A model generated the notes under the pieces. That model was given only the letters and a program-made list of their open reading frames with translations. It was not told the DNA's origin and made no database searches. Shown here piece after piece: positions 9,743 to 21,639 of a stretch of 64,000 nucleotides of DNA; position 1 is the stretch's first letter, and each line of letters opens with the position of its first letter. The translations under genes and the position numbers were made by a program. Source of the DNA: Promethearchaeota archaeon (GTDB lineage Archaea; Asgardarchaeota; Lokiarchaeia; Sigyniarchaeales; SOKP01); assembly GCA_016839555.1 (NCBI GenBank), contig JAEOUA010000001.1, positions 64,001 to 128,000 of the forward strand. Direction: 5' to 3'.

Positions 9743-10378
9743 TTAGAATCTTAATTGATAAAAGTTTTTTTCTTTATTAAAAACAATAAGTTTTTTCTTT
9801 TGGAGCTTATCTAGTATTTTATTGAGCCATTTTTCTGATACATCAAATTTCGTAACTAATTTTTCAAAAGATAAAGGCTCACTAATAGCAAATAGGAACA
9901 ATAATCTACTTTCTAAGTTTAAAATGTCCGATTTTATAACTCTTTTGAATTTCTCTTCCAAATTATATAATTTTACTTTCTCCTTGGCAAGATCATTGCT
10001 CAGCTTAGAGATCACCTCATCTCTGGTTTTAAATACATCCAAACTAAAATCATAAATACGTTTCAACTGCTCTTTTAATTCTTCGCCTTCCTGTCCAGCC
10101 TCTATTTCCTTATTAAATTCATCAATTACGGTAATGTAATCAGCTCCATCATCATATTTATCAAGTACAAGTAATATAATTAACTCTTTTTCCTCATTAT
10201 AAAATGATATAGAATTCCAGTTTTTTTCCTCTGTAATTATATAACTTTGAGAAAAATTATGACTTATCTCTATTTGTTGGACGGTATTCTCAGGGATTAT
10301 TAAATCATCGGGATATTTTATTCGAATTTTAGCACCCTCAACTATATCAAATTCTACTAAAGCAACCCCCTTTACCAA
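9743..10378 (-). CDS. uDENN/longin-like N-terminal domain + coiled coil + C-terminal winged-helix-like protein
   Basis: VALVEFDIVEGAKIRIKYP resembles the uDENN/NPRL2 first hairpin. Central heptad region. C-terminal LSFEKLVTKFDVSEKWLNKILDKLQKKKLI looks like a wHTH. GGTGAG RBS before a TTG start. Confidence 0.6.
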   Translation of the reverse strand: MVKGVALVEFDIVEGAKIRIKYPDDLIIPENTVQQIEISHNFSQSYIITEEKNWNSISFYNEEKELIILLVLDKYDDGADYITVIDEFNKEIEAGQEGEELKEQLKRIYDFSLDVFKTRDEVISKLSNDLAKEKVKLYNLEEKFKRVIKSDILNLESRLLFLFAISEPLSFEKLVTKFDVSEKWLNKILDKLQKKKLIVFNKEKNFYQLRF

Positions 10379-10579
10379 TTAACTCACCATATGTTATTAT
10401 GAAAATTAATAGTATCAGTATAAGACTAATTAAATAATGAAATATTAATGTTATAAATTTAATTTTATGGATTATTAAAATTATTTTCAAAAAATCATAA
10501 GAATTAATTGATTGAATACATTAAATTAAAACCTAAAAAATATAAACTTGAAAAAAAATCTTTAATTAGAGAGCTTTTG

Positions 10580-10861
10580 ATGTCGAATAATAAAAAATTT
10601 TATTATGTATATATCTTGGAAACTACATCAAAACGATCTAGGAAAAAAAAATATTATACAGGATATACTGGAAACTTGTATCGTAGACTAGAACAACATA
10701 AAAACGATAAAGGAGCAAAATTTTGTCGGGGGAAAAAAATCGAATTAAAATATTTCGAAACGCATTTTAATAGATCAGATGCAATGAAAAGAGAATTAGA
10801 AATAAAATCATTAACTCATGATGAAAAAACTCAATTAATAAAGGATTTTCAGAAGAGATGA
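10580..10861 (+). CDS. GIY-YIG nuclease family protein (UPF0213-like)
   Basis: YYVYIL..YYTGYTGNLYRRLEQH..KGAKFCRG..RSDAMKRELEIK. ATG at 10580 preferred over TTG at 10508. Confidence 0.88.
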   Translation: MSNNKKFYYVYILETTSKRSRKKKYYTGYTGNLYRRLEQHKNDKGAKFCRGKKIELKYFETHFNRSDAMKRELEIKSLTHDEKTQLIKDFQKR

Positions 10862-11676
10862 TTCCTATGCAGAACAAGAAGAATTTTTTAATTTGCTTGG
10901 CGGGCTTACCGGCATCTGGAAAATCTAATTTTGCTCAAAAACTAAAAACGGAATTAAATAATGCTTTTCAAAATCAGCAGGTCAAAATTGTAGACCCCGA
11001 TGTTATTCGAAGCTCCATAATTCAGGGAGGAGAATTTGATTATACAAAAGAGCAACTTATCCGTGAAAAAAATCTGTTAGAGATTAGGAATTTATTAAAA
11101 AAGGGGTTTATAGTAGTAAGTGATGATCTTAATTATTATTCAAGCATGAGGCATGATTTACGAGCAGTTGCTAATGACTTAAATCTACCTTTTTTTATAG
11201 TTTATATCTCAACACCATTAAAGGCATGTATCCAGTGGAACGAAAAAAGAGGAAAACCAATTCCAAATGAAGTTATTTATAAAATCAATCGTAAATTTGA
11301 TTATTTTGAAAAATATGATTGGGATACCCCCGATCTTATTATTGACTTATCCACATCAAATAATATAGACAAAATACTCACAAAATTCTTAGATAAAATT
11401 AAAAAAGAACTAAATCGAAAAAAAGCCTCGAAAAGAAGAAAAGAAGCGAGTAAAATAGAAACATCTCAATCATATCACGAAAAATTGGATATCATATCAC
11501 GAAGAATTATAACAGAATTATTAAAAAATCCACACAATAGGAAATATAAAAATAAAATAATTAAGCAGAGAGGGATCTTTATTAGAAATAATTTGAACCC
11601 AGAATTATCGGATTCGAAAATTGAAGAACGTTTTATAAAGTTTTTAAAAAAAAAGTTGGATATAGAGATTGGCTGA
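10858..11676 (+). CDS. pstK: L-seryl-tRNA(Sec) kinase (PSTK; Kti12/PSTK family)
   Basis: GLPASGKS, DVIRS, DDLNYYSSMRHDL, NEKRGKPIPNEVI..KFD..KYDWDTP and the C-terminal helical domain (LDIISRRII) follow the archaeal PSTK pattern. Confidence 0.85.
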   Translation: MIPMQNKKNFLICLAGLPASGKSNFAQKLKTELNNAFQNQQVKIVDPDVIRSSIIQGGEFDYTKEQLIREKNLLEIRNLLKKGFIVVSDDLNYYSSMRHDLRAVANDLNLPFFIVYISTPLKACIQWNEKRGKPIPNEVIYKINRKFDYFEKYDWDTPDLIIDLSTSNNIDKILTKFLDKIKKELNRKKASKRRKEASKIETSQSYHEKLDIISRRIITELLKNPHNRKYKNKIIKQRGIFIRNNLNPELSDSKIEERFIKFLKKKLDIEIG

Positions 11677-11747
11677 ATAGTTTCAAGTTAGGAGTTATAA
11701 AAAATAAAACAAAAGAAAATAAGCAATCATTATTTTATATCAATTAG

Positions 11748-14066
<2,319 letters not shown>

Positions 14067-14230
14067 ATCCTCTTTCTCTTTTTAATATTTTCCCTATTTC
14101 TTTCTAATTTTATTTATTACCTCATTTTTAAATTAATTGCATTTTATCAAAGTATTTTAATTTTGAAATCAAACTAATATTATTAAAAAATATAATTTGA
14201 TAAAAGTAAATTTGAAAGAATGATATAAAT

Positions 14231-15430
14231 TTGAGTAATATCAATATTAATTGGAAAGGGCATATAGCTAAATATCAAGCTGCTATGGAAGATTTGAATT
14301 TAGATTTCTGTATTTTAACCAGAATTAAATCAATCACCTATTTAGCGGGCTGTTTTGTCCCATGGAAAAGCGCCATATTATTGCCAAAAGAAGGTGAAGG
14401 AGAGCCTATTCTTTTCACTGTACTTTTAGATGTGGAAAGAGTTAAAGCAGAGGGACAATTAGAGACAGATGGATGGGGTCCTATGAAGGGATTCAATTGG
14501 GAAACAAAAATACAACGCACTGCCAAGAAAATGGGGATTTATAGTCCAAAAGGAAAAGCACCTCGAATAGGTGTTGAGTTGGGATTGGATATCTGCGTAA
14601 CTGGTCAATTGCTCTCATATACTGAAGCTCAACTATTAAAAAAAGTCTTTCCGGGTTGTGAATTAGTTGATTTTAATGATAAAACGGAAAGGATACAATT
14701 AATTAAAGAGCCAGAAGAAATTGAAATGCTCAAAAAAGCGAGTGAAATCACTGATGTTGGACAAGCTGCTGTAAAAAAAGAATTACAAGAGAGACCTCCT
14801 GGAAAAGTATTTACTGAAAATGAGATTGCGGGAATAGGAACCCTTGCTATGAGGAAAGCGGGCAGTAATTATGAATGGACATTTACTGGAAATGAAGAGA
14901 TTGGATCGGGGTACCGTGCTAGTTGGACCTTTAATGGGTGTACTCCTGCGACTAATAAAGAAGTTAAGGAAAGCGAGTCCTTGTTGGTTGATCTTCACAG
15001 TGAATATGGCTGTTATTTAGGAGACTTGAGCCATAATTATGTATTAGGGGATTGTCCACCAGAATTAAAAAAATTCAATGATGTATTTGAGCAATTATCA
15101 TATGCTTTAATTGATAATATGAATCCTGGAACAACTTTTGATGAATGTTATAAAGAAGTACATAAAATAGCGGTTAAGGAGGGATTTGGGAATGACCTCT
15201 TTTTCGGATTGGGACACGGAATAGGTTGTATAGGTAATGAATCATTCCCAGTAGTAGTCCCCGGTAAAGATTGGGGTGATATGACTTTTGAAGAGAATAT
15301 GGTGGAAATAGCTGCAGTCGTGTTTAATAGACCAGGATTAGGAGGCTTAAGATTAGAATCACCGACATGGGTCACGAGAAATGGTGCACAGCTTCTTCCA
15401 AAAACTTCTCTCGATGTAGATTATGTTTAA
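14231..15430 (+). CDS. M24 family (Xaa-Pro peptidase/creatinase-like) protein
   Basis: IKEPEEIEMLKKASEI, LVDL..YLGDLS, GLGHGIG, GGLRLE. Confidence 0.8.
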   Translation: MSNININWKGHIAKYQAAMEDLNLDFCILTRIKSITYLAGCFVPWKSAILLPKEGEGEPILFTVLLDVERVKAEGQLETDGWGPMKGFNWETKIQRTAKKMGIYSPKGKAPRIGVELGLDICVTGQLLSYTEAQLLKKVFPGCELVDFNDKTERIQLIKEPEEIEMLKKASEITDVGQAAVKKELQERPPGKVFTENEIAGIGTLAMRKAGSNYEWTFTGNEEIGSGYRASWTFNGCTPATNKEVKESESLLVDLHSEYGCYLGDLSHNYVLGDCPPELKKFNDVFEQLSYALIDNMNPGTTFDECYKEVHKIAVKEGFGNDLFFGLGHGIGCIGNESFPVVVPGKDWGDMTFEENMVEIAAVVFNRPGLGGLRLESPTWVTRNGAQLLPKTSLDVDYV

Positions 15431-15463
15431 AATTTTTCAAAAATAAAATAAAAGGTTTAGATA

Positions 15464-16627
15464 TTATAGATTATTCACAAATTCTTCGATTCTATTCATC
15501 GCTTCCCTTAATTTATTCATTTCAGTAGCATAAGAAATTCTTAAGTGATCATCAGAATACGAGCCAAAAATATTTCCAGGAACCACAGCGACTCCCTTTT
15601 CTTTCATTAGTCGCATGGAAAATTCCTCACTTGAAATATTAAACTTCTCTAAAGAAGGCATGATGTAAAATGCACCTTGGGGTTTAATAACTTTAAATCC
15701 AATTTCCTTTAATCTCTCATACGAAAAGTCCCTACGCTTTTTGTATGTCGCAAGAATTTCGTCAAAAAACTTATTATCCATTTTTAAGGCCTCTAAAAAA
15801 CCATATTGGGCAGCATGATTAGTTCCTGCTACTGTATATTGATGATATTTTTCCATTAAATCTATAATCTCTTTTTTTGCTACAGCATATCCTAACCGAA
15901 AACCTGTTGCGGAATATAATTTTGACATCGCATTTAATGTTGTTGTCCTTTCAAATATTTCATTCATCGATCCAGGACTTATATGTTTTAATCCGTCATA
16001 AATATAGTTTTCATATACTTCATCCGAGATCAAATATAAATCATATTCTAATATGATCTGAACTAGTTCTTCCATCTCATTTTGTGTAAAAGCATATCCA
16101 GTCGGATTATTTGGAGAATTAATGAGAATTGCTTTTGTTTTCTCAGTGAGCGCAGATCGCATCGCCTCAAAATCAGGACCGAAATCCTCCCTTCTCTTAA
16201 TTTCTTGGACCTCAACGCCAAAGAAAGGACCTAAATAAAAATAAGATACAAAGTTTGGTGAAAATAAGAGGAACTGATCGCCTGGATTGAATAAAGAAGC
16301 AAAGGTGAGGGTTAACGCTTGGCTTCCCCCATTAGTTACGATAATATTTTCTTTCCAATCAACAGAGATATCATTTATCTCCCTTAATTTATATTCTATT
16401 TGCTCCAAGAGCTCGGGTATCCCCCTCGTAGGCGCATAATGAGTAATGTTTTTCTTAAGCGCTTCAATATTTCCATTAATTGCGGGTTCCGGCGTATCAA
16501 AATCAGGCTGTCCAATACCTAAGCTGATCACATCAGCACGACCAGCAGCAAGATCAAATAATTCTCTAATCTTTGATTTTGGAGTTTTTTCTTTAAGTGT
16601 TATTGATAATTCCTTCACTAAACACAC
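15464..16627 (-). CDS. PLP-dependent aminotransferase class I/II (AspC-like)
   Basis: ISLGIGQPDF, NSPNNPTG, SDEVY, SKLYSATGFRLG, LRISYA. Confidence 0.93.
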   Translation of the reverse strand: MCLVKELSITLKEKTPKSKIRELFDLAAGRADVISLGIGQPDFDTPEPAINGNIEALKKNITHYAPTRGIPELLEQIEYKLREINDISVDWKENIIVTNGGSQALTLTFASLFNPGDQFLLFSPNFVSYFYLGPFFGVEVQEIKRREDFGPDFEAMRSALTEKTKAILINSPNNPTGYAFTQNEMEELVQIILEYDLYLISDEVYENYIYDGLKHISPGSMNEIFERTTTLNAMSKLYSATGFRLGYAVAKKEIIDLMEKYHQYTVAGTNHAAQYGFLEALKMDNKFFDEILATYKKRRDFSYERLKEIGFKVIKPQGAFYIMPSLEKFNISSEEFSMRLMKEKGVAVVPGNIFGSYSDDHLRISYATEMNKLREAMNRIEEFVNNL

Positions 16628-16756
16628 ATCAATCTAATATTATAATTATAATTCCTTATTATGATTGATACAATTTAAGCATTTCAAATAAAAAATAGTC
16701 AAAGAATTTGCATTAAAAATTAATTATTAGGAGCTTTTTTTAAAAGAGGAGAACTT

Positions 16757-17305
16757 TTAGTCTATGGTTTCTCCATAATTTCTTAAAATTTGTCTCACAA
16801 GATTTTCAAACGCCTTCTCCACATTTTCCCCGTATTTTGCCGATGTTTCTACAAAATCACAAGCCTTTATCTCTTCTGCTAATTTTTGCCCTTCTTCAGT
16901 TTTAACCATACGCTGTTCTTCTAAGTCTTTTTTATTCCCAATTAAGATATAAGCCCCCTCCTTTTCCACATATTTCTTAAAGTCATTTAGCCATTTTTCT
17001 TTAATCGCCGCAAAAGTTTTTTCTCTGCTGATATCATACACTAAGAGGGCACCAACACAACCCTGAAAGTACATGGAGCGAATTACATTGTACTTTTCTT
17101 GTCCCGCCAAGTCCCACATAATTAATCTGACCCTTGTGTCATTAATATTTACATCTTTTCGAATTATATTCGCTCCAAGAGTTGGTTTATAGTCCTCTTG
17201 GAAACTACTTTCTACATATTGACTAATCAAGCTTGTCTTGCCTACGGCTGCCTCGCCGAGGATTGTGAGTTTAAAGACAAACTCTCTATTATCATTTGCT
17301 GACAT
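16757..17305 (-). CDS. Rab-like small GTPase
   Basis: GEAAVGKTS, YKPTLG, WDLAGQEKY, YFQGCVGALLVYDIS, GNKKD, ETSAK. Confidence 0.95.
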   Translation of the reverse strand: MSANDNREFVFKLTILGEAAVGKTSLISQYVESSFQEDYKPTLGANIIRKDVNINDTRVRLIMWDLAGQEKYNVIRSMYFQGCVGALLVYDISREKTFAAIKEKWLNDFKKYVEKEGAYILIGNKKDLEEQRMVKTEEGQKLAEEIKACDFVETSAKYGENVEKAFENLVRQILRNYGETID

Positions 17306-17339
17306 ATAGTTAAAATCCTTTTGTAATTAATACTATATT

Positions 17340-17894
17340 TTAAAACTTATTATTTTTTTTGATTTTTAATTTTAAGAAAAAACTCTTTTCTTCTGCTTTT
17401 GAGGCTTCATAATCGACTTTTTCTTGAGCTGATAAAGTTTTTTCAAGTGTGTGAACTAAAAATCCAATAAATAAATCACATGAATTGTCAATTTCCGAGC
17501 AAAATATACAATTTTCAATCTCTAAATTTATTGAAACACTAGTTTTTTCTAAAATTTTCACATTCCAATTTGTTTTAATTAATTGAGTGAGTTCTTCTAT
17601 ACTTTCTTGAAAATTCTTTCCAAATGGGAAGAGATAAAAGGAAAATTTCTTCCCAATAGTATATAATAGATCAAATGAATTGTATAATAGAACATCTTGA
17701 GCAAAAAGAATCTTTTTAAAGGGGGAAAGAATAATATATTCATTTGGATTAGTATCTCTTCGGTCTTTAAATTCAAGCATACCTGCTTCTTTTAGAATCG
17801 ATTTCATTCCATCATAATCGAGGATATCGAGGTATGCTTGAAGTAATGCCGTTATAACTTTATTTTGCACGAGCCCATTGGTTTTTTCAGTCAT
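17340..17894 (-). CDS. Divergent V4R-like protein
   Basis: N-terminal NKVITALLQAYLDILDYDGMKSILKEAG and later IENCIFC..SCDLFIGFL..TLE resemble V4R proteins. The last V4R cysteines are absent. Confidence 0.55.
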   Translation of the reverse strand: MTEKTNGLVQNKVITALLQAYLDILDYDGMKSILKEAGMLEFKDRRDTNPNEYIILSPFKKILFAQDVLLYNSFDLLYTIGKKFSFYLFPFGKNFQESIEELTQLIKTNWNVKILEKTSVSINLEIENCIFCSEIDNSCDLFIGFLVHTLEKTLSAQEKVDYEASKAEEKSFFLKLKIKKNNKF

Positions 17895-17927
17895 TTATTC
17901 CCCTATATTAAAAGAAATTATTTATTT

Positions 17928-18353
17928 TTATAATTTTAGAAGCGAGAGATCGAATCGTGGATCATGTTCTCTTTGAAGTTTTTCTTGTGTTTCATGAATA
18001 ATTACTTCACCTGTTACTGAAATTATTCCACTATGGAAATGACCCCCTAGTAAGCTATAATCCTCTCGTCCTACAATACAATGGAGATGAATTATTGGTT
18101 CTCCATTTTTAAATGCAATATTCCCCATACAACTTACTAATTCTACATTTTCTTCAAAAGTTTTGAATTTATATACTTTATTTGTAAGGTCAAAAAATCC
18201 AATAGTATATTTTTTTAAAGCTCCAATAATAGAAACTGATCCAGATTGTATGTTATGTTTCTTTACAATCTGAGTTACAGCATTTATAACTTCTTCATCT
18301 GGGGAAAGCTTAGCTAATATTACTCGATTAGATTTAGTTTGGATGCTTTTCAT
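17928..18353 (-). CDS. PPC/DUF296 domain protein
   Basis: IIGAL, ELVSCMGNI, PIIHLHC, GGHF, TGEVII. Confidence 0.88.
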   Translation of the reverse strand: MKSIQTKSNRVILAKLSPDEEVINAVTQIVKKHNIQSGSVSIIGALKKYTIGFFDLTNKVYKFKTFEENVELVSCMGNIAFKNGEPIIHLHCIVGREDYSLLGGHFHSGIISVTGEVIIHETQEKLQREHDPRFDLSLLKL

Positions 18354-18496
18354 TATATTGTTAATTTTTTATATTATATTAATAATTCTTAGTTCTTTTA
18401 AATTTAATATATAATTAAAAAATAATTCTAAAGAAATAATTAAATTATAGAACCGATATTTAAAGATATTTTTATTTAATGTAAAAAAGGAGATGA

Positions 18497-20578
18497 TTGA
18501 TAATAAATATAACAAGGAATAACATTTCAAACCTAAATTGGGAAGATTTTGAAAATCTAAAAGGAGATGAAATTGAAGAGACTGCCAAACAAATTTTATC
18601 TATTATGAGTTTAAAAGAAAAGGCTCGGAAGATGGCTGGAGATCAATCAATGCTTCATGCGATTGGGATGTTAATTCATTACAATAAAAATCCTATTTCT
18701 GCTGGCAGAATAGAGCAATTAAATATTCCAGGTATTCAATTCACTGACGGCCCTCGTGGTATAGTGCTTAATAATTCCACATGTTTTCCCGTTTCGATGG
18801 CAAGAGGGGCAACATGGGATATAGATCTAGAAGAGAGAATTGGCAATGCAATCGGAATTGAAGCAAAAGCTCAAGGAGCAAATTTCTTTGGAGGAATATG
18901 TATTAATCTTTTAAGACATCCAGCTTGGGGAAGGGCCCAAGAAACGTATGGTGAGGATCCGCACCTTCTTGGTGAAATGGGAAGTGCTTTGCTAAAAGGT
19001 GTACAAAGGCATATAATGGCGTGCGCCAAACATTATGCTTGTAATAGTGTTGAAAACACAAGATTTAAAATAAATGTAGACATAGATGAGAGAGTATTAA
19101 GAGAAGTATATCTACCTCATTTTAAAAAGTGCGTTAATAATGGAGTAGCTTCCATAATGAGCGCATATAATAGAGTAAATGGAAAATATTGTGGACATAA
19201 TGAGCATTTATTGCGTCAAATATTAAAAGAAGATTGGAATTTTCAAGGATTTTTGGTAACTGATTTTGTTTTTGGTATTAGAAATGGACTAAAAGCAATA
19301 AAAGCGGGTGTAGACATTGAAATGCCCTTTAAATGGAAAATGCACCCCAAGAAGATTGTTAAATGGGTAAACCAAGGAAAAATATCAGAAGAATTAATTA
19401 ATGAATCAGTTCTACGTATTTTAAAACAAGAGATAAGGTTCGCAAAAAAAGATAATCCTGAATTATATAATTTAGATAAAATCGCATCAGAAGAACATAC
19501 TGAACTTGCCTTAGAAGCTGCAAGAAAAAGCATCGTTTTATTAAAAAATGTAGGCAATCTTTTACCTTTAAAAAAGGAGAGTATAAAAAAAATCGCTGTA
19601 GTAGGAAAACTTGCGGATATGGAGAATATAGGTGATAAAGGGAGTAGCAGATTATATCCTCCTTATGTAATTACACCCCTCCAAGGGATTAAAAAAGCTC
19701 TGGGCGACTCTATTGAGGTAGTTTATAATGAAGGTAAATCTCTAACAAAAACAAAAGAAATAACTAAGGATGCTGATATAGTTGTTATTGTTGTAGGATT
19801 TACTTGGAAGCAAGAAGGAGAAAATATGACCTTTGCTGGTGGTGATCGAGATACATTATCTTTATCAGAGGATGACGAAAATTTAATTCTTACTCTTTCA
19901 GAATCATGTGATAGGTGTATTGTTGTATTGGAAGGAGGAAGTGCAATCATTACGGAAAGATGGAGGCAAAATGTCCCTGTAATTATAATGGCATGGTATC
20001 CGGGTATAGAAGGAGGAACGGCCATTGCGGATATCATTTTGGGAAATATAAATCCTAGTGGAAAACTTCCCACTGTATTTCCTAAATCCTCTGAACAATT
20101 ACCTTTTTTTGATTCATCAACTTTAGAAATCAAGTATGATTATTATCATGGATATAAATTAATGGATAAACGTGGATTTGAACCAGCATTTCCATTCGGA
20201 TATGGGCTCAGTTATAATACTTATGAATATAAAAATCTGAGAATAAATAAATCAGAAATCAAAAAAGGAGAAAAAATAGAAATCTCATTCGATATTACTA
20301 ATAAAGGAGATCTGAATGGTGATGAAATAGTTCAGCTGTATATCGGATATGAGAATTCTTCGGTGGATCGACCTAAAAAGGAATTAAAAGGATTTACCCG
20401 TGTTAATCTGGAATCACAAGAGACAAAAAAAGTATCTTTAAATCTTGATTCAAACGATTTAGCTTATTATAATACAGAAACTAAACAATGGGTAGTAGAA
20501 CAAATCAAGCATATCATCTATGTTGGACCTTCTTCTCGTGCAAGCGATCTGTTAGAGGCATCATTTCAAATTTCTTAA
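18497..20578 (+). CDS. Glycoside hydrolase family 3 beta-glucosidase
   Basis: TDGPRG, RHPAWGRAQETYGEDP, ACAKHY, IMSAYN, VTDF (nucleophile), FPFGYGLSY, Fn3-like C-terminus. Confidence 0.95.
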   Translation: MIINITRNNISNLNWEDFENLKGDEIEETAKQILSIMSLKEKARKMAGDQSMLHAIGMLIHYNKNPISAGRIEQLNIPGIQFTDGPRGIVLNNSTCFPVSMARGATWDIDLEERIGNAIGIEAKAQGANFFGGICINLLRHPAWGRAQETYGEDPHLLGEMGSALLKGVQRHIMACAKHYACNSVENTRFKINVDIDERVLREVYLPHFKKCVNNGVASIMSAYNRVNGKYCGHNEHLLRQILKEDWNFQGFLVTDFVFGIRNGLKAIKAGVDIEMPFKWKMHPKKIVKWVNQGKISEELINESVLRILKQEIRFAKKDNPELYNLDKIASEEHTELALEAARKSIVLLKNVGNLLPLKKESIKKIAVVGKLADMENIGDKGSSRLYPPYVITPLQGIKKALGDSIEVVYNEGKSLTKTKEITKDADIVVIVVGFTWKQEGENMTFAGGDRDTLSLSEDDENLILTLSESCDRCIVVLEGGSAIITERWRQNVPVIIMAWYPGIEGGTAIADIILGNINPSGKLPTVFPKSSEQLPFFDSSTLEIKYDYYHGYKLMDKRGFEPAFPFGYGLSYNTYEYKNLRINKSEIKKGEKIEISFDITNKGDLNGDEIVQLYIGYENSSVDRPKKELKGFTRVNLESQETKKVSLNLDSNDLAYYNTETKQWVVEQIKHIIYVGPSSRASDLLEASFQIS

Positions 20579-20693
20579 CATCATTTTGTTTTTTAAAAAT
20601 AGACAATTTAAAACCGGTAAAAAGAATAAAGAGAATTATAAAAAATTTTTATACAAAAACTTTTTACCTTAATTTCTTATAAATAACATAATA

Positions 20694-21623
20694 ATGCCGG
20701 AAAAAGTAGTAGAGATTTCTGGAGTGGAATTACAAATTACCGAGCCCGCTGAAATTGATATGGAATGGGTTGGGAATGAAGATTTAATTAATCAAGTGAA
20801 AGCTGCGTGGTTAATAGTTGATAAAGAGGATCTTCCTCTGACGCCCCGCATCCTTGGCAAACCGGGAATTGGAAAAACGACACTTTGCTATGCGAGTGGA
20901 AAGAGGCTTAAAAAAGATGTCTACATGTTTCAATGTACTATGGATACAAGACCCGAGGATCTTCTTATCAGTCCAGTAATTTCCTCAGATAAATCCATTA
21001 AATATGTTGCCAGTTCATTAGTATCTGCGATGATAAAGGGGGGTGTATGTCTTTTAGATGAGGCAAATAGGATGAGCGAAAAAAGTTGGGCCTCCTTAGC
21101 ACCTCTTATGGATAAAAGGCGTTATGTAGAAAGTATTATCGCTGGAATCCGTATTTATGCACACCCAGAATTTCGACTTTGCGTGACTATGAATAGTGAT
21201 GCTAGTACTTATGAAGTTCCCGAATATATTTTAAGCAGAATGATTAATATTTATGTGGATTTTCCTAATCGTGCTGAAGAGTTACAAATATTAAAGTATA
21301 ATTTACCTTTCGCTTCGGAAGAGATTCTAGAATATTGCAATGAATTTTTGCAAAATGCGCATATTCACGATCAACCAATTGTATCTCGAGATGGAATAAA
21401 ATGTCTACGATATTATATCAAACTAAGGCAATTAAAAGGGAAGGATCCTAAAAAATTAAATAAACCGGAGTTTAAAGATTCAATTTTGCATATATTAGAT
21501 AAGCAAGCGATTAAATATTGTCCAGACGAGTATGAAAATTATCTTAAGGAAATTAAGAAAAAAGATGAGAACCAAAAAATATTGGGAACTTTCTTTCCAT
21601 CAGAAAATCCTAATGATTTTTAA
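20694..21623 (+). CDS. MoxR/CbbQ-NorQ-like AAA+ ATPase (AAA_5)
   Basis: Walker A GKPGIGKT, QCTMDTRPEDLL, Walker B LLDEANR, AHPEFRLCVTMN, Arg finger ILSR. Confidence 0.85.
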   Translation: MPEKVVEISGVELQITEPAEIDMEWVGNEDLINQVKAAWLIVDKEDLPLTPRILGKPGIGKTTLCYASGKRLKKDVYMFQCTMDTRPEDLLISPVISSDKSIKYVASSLVSAMIKGGVCLLDEANRMSEKSWASLAPLMDKRRYVESIIAGIRIYAHPEFRLCVTMNSDASTYEVPEYILSRMINIYVDFPNRAEELQILKYNLPFASEEILEYCNEFLQNAHIHDQPIVSRDGIKCLRYYIKLRQLKGKDPKKLNKPEFKDSILHILDKQAIKYCPDEYENYLKEIKKKDENQKILGTFFPSENPNDF

Positions 21624-21639
21624 TTAAAAATAAAAGAGT

